Assembly: GCF_018350175.1 (NCBI RefSeq)
Contig: NC_058368.1
Coordinates: 141,734,001 to 141,798,000, forward strand
Length of the DNA stretch: 64,000 bases
Direction of reading: 5' to 3'
Source: Felis catus
Taxonomy: Eukaryota
Position 1 is the first letter of the stretch; each line of letters starts with the position of its first letter. Positions 63,470 to 64,000 of this stretch are shown one piece after another. Both the position numbers and the translations under genes were made by a program. The notes beneath the pieces are model-generated. The model was given only the letters and a program-made list of their open reading frames with translations, made no database searches and was not told the DNA's origin.

Positions 63470-64000
63470 TTTTTGTTTGTTTGTTTGTTTGTTTGTTTTC
63501 AATATATGAAATTTATTGTCAAAATGGTTTCCATACAACACCCAGTGCTCATCCCAAAATGTGCCTTCCCCAATACCTATCATCCACCCTCCCCTCCCTC
63601 CCACCCCCCATCAACCCTCAGTTTGTTCTCAGTTTTTAAAGAGTCTCTCATGCTTTGGCTCTCTCCCACTCTAACCTCTTTTTTTTTTTTTCCTTCCCCT
63701 CCCCCAAGGGTTTCTGTCAAGTTTCTCAGGATCCACATAAGAGTGAAAACATATGGTATCTGTCTTTCTCTGTATGGCTTATTTCACTTAGCATCACACT
63801 CTCCAGTTCCATCCACGTTGTTACAAAGGGCCATATTTCGTTCTTTCTCATTGTCCTGTAGTACTCCATTGTGTATATAAACCACAATTTCTTTATCCAT
63901 TCATCGGTTGATGGACATTTAGGCTCTTTCCATAATTTGGCTGTTGTTGAGAGTGCTGCTATAAACATTGGGGTACAAGTGCCCCTATGCATCAGTACTC
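63470..64000 (-). mobile_element. Young felid L1 3' end with open ORF2 C-terminus, running off the window
   Basis: ORF 63726-63992 (CTPMFIAALSTTAKLWKEPKCPSTDEWIKKLW...MFSLLCGS) is the L1 ORF2 C-terminus; 3' UTR and (TTTG)n tail follow. Confidence 0.95.

Overview
This window is mammalian, almost certainly felid, genomic DNA. The evidence is many carnivore tRNA-derived CAN-SINEs of the cat SINEC_Fc type and felid-like L1 3' ends. I found no credible host protein-coding gene, structural RNA gene, CRISPR array or prokaryotic system. The only clear protein remnants are L1 ORF2 fragments; the other listed ORFs come from CpG islands, SINEs, microsatellites or chance. The first ~10.8 kb has no recognisable transposons and alternates CpG-rich patches with AT-rich, homeodomain/POU-motif-dense blocks. 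That layout is typical of the flank of a developmental transcription-factor locus, but I cannot name the gene from sequence alone. The remaining ~53 kb is repeat-rich (SINE, L1, L2, L3/CR1, MIR, MaLR/ERV LTR, hAT MITEs) with several repeat-free islands that look like distal enhancers and a few candidate non-coding exons. The most notable unexplained items are a 55-bp, 96%-identical hairpin-containing direct repeat 943 bp apart (41.5-42.5 kb), a tandem-octamer element (8.7-9.2 kb) next to a cluster of non-B DNA motifs, and PBX-HOX/MEIS/POU motif clusters at 25.4 and 30 kb. Repeat subfamily names are by eye and need RepeatMasker/Dfam confirmation; boundaries of old repeats are approximate.
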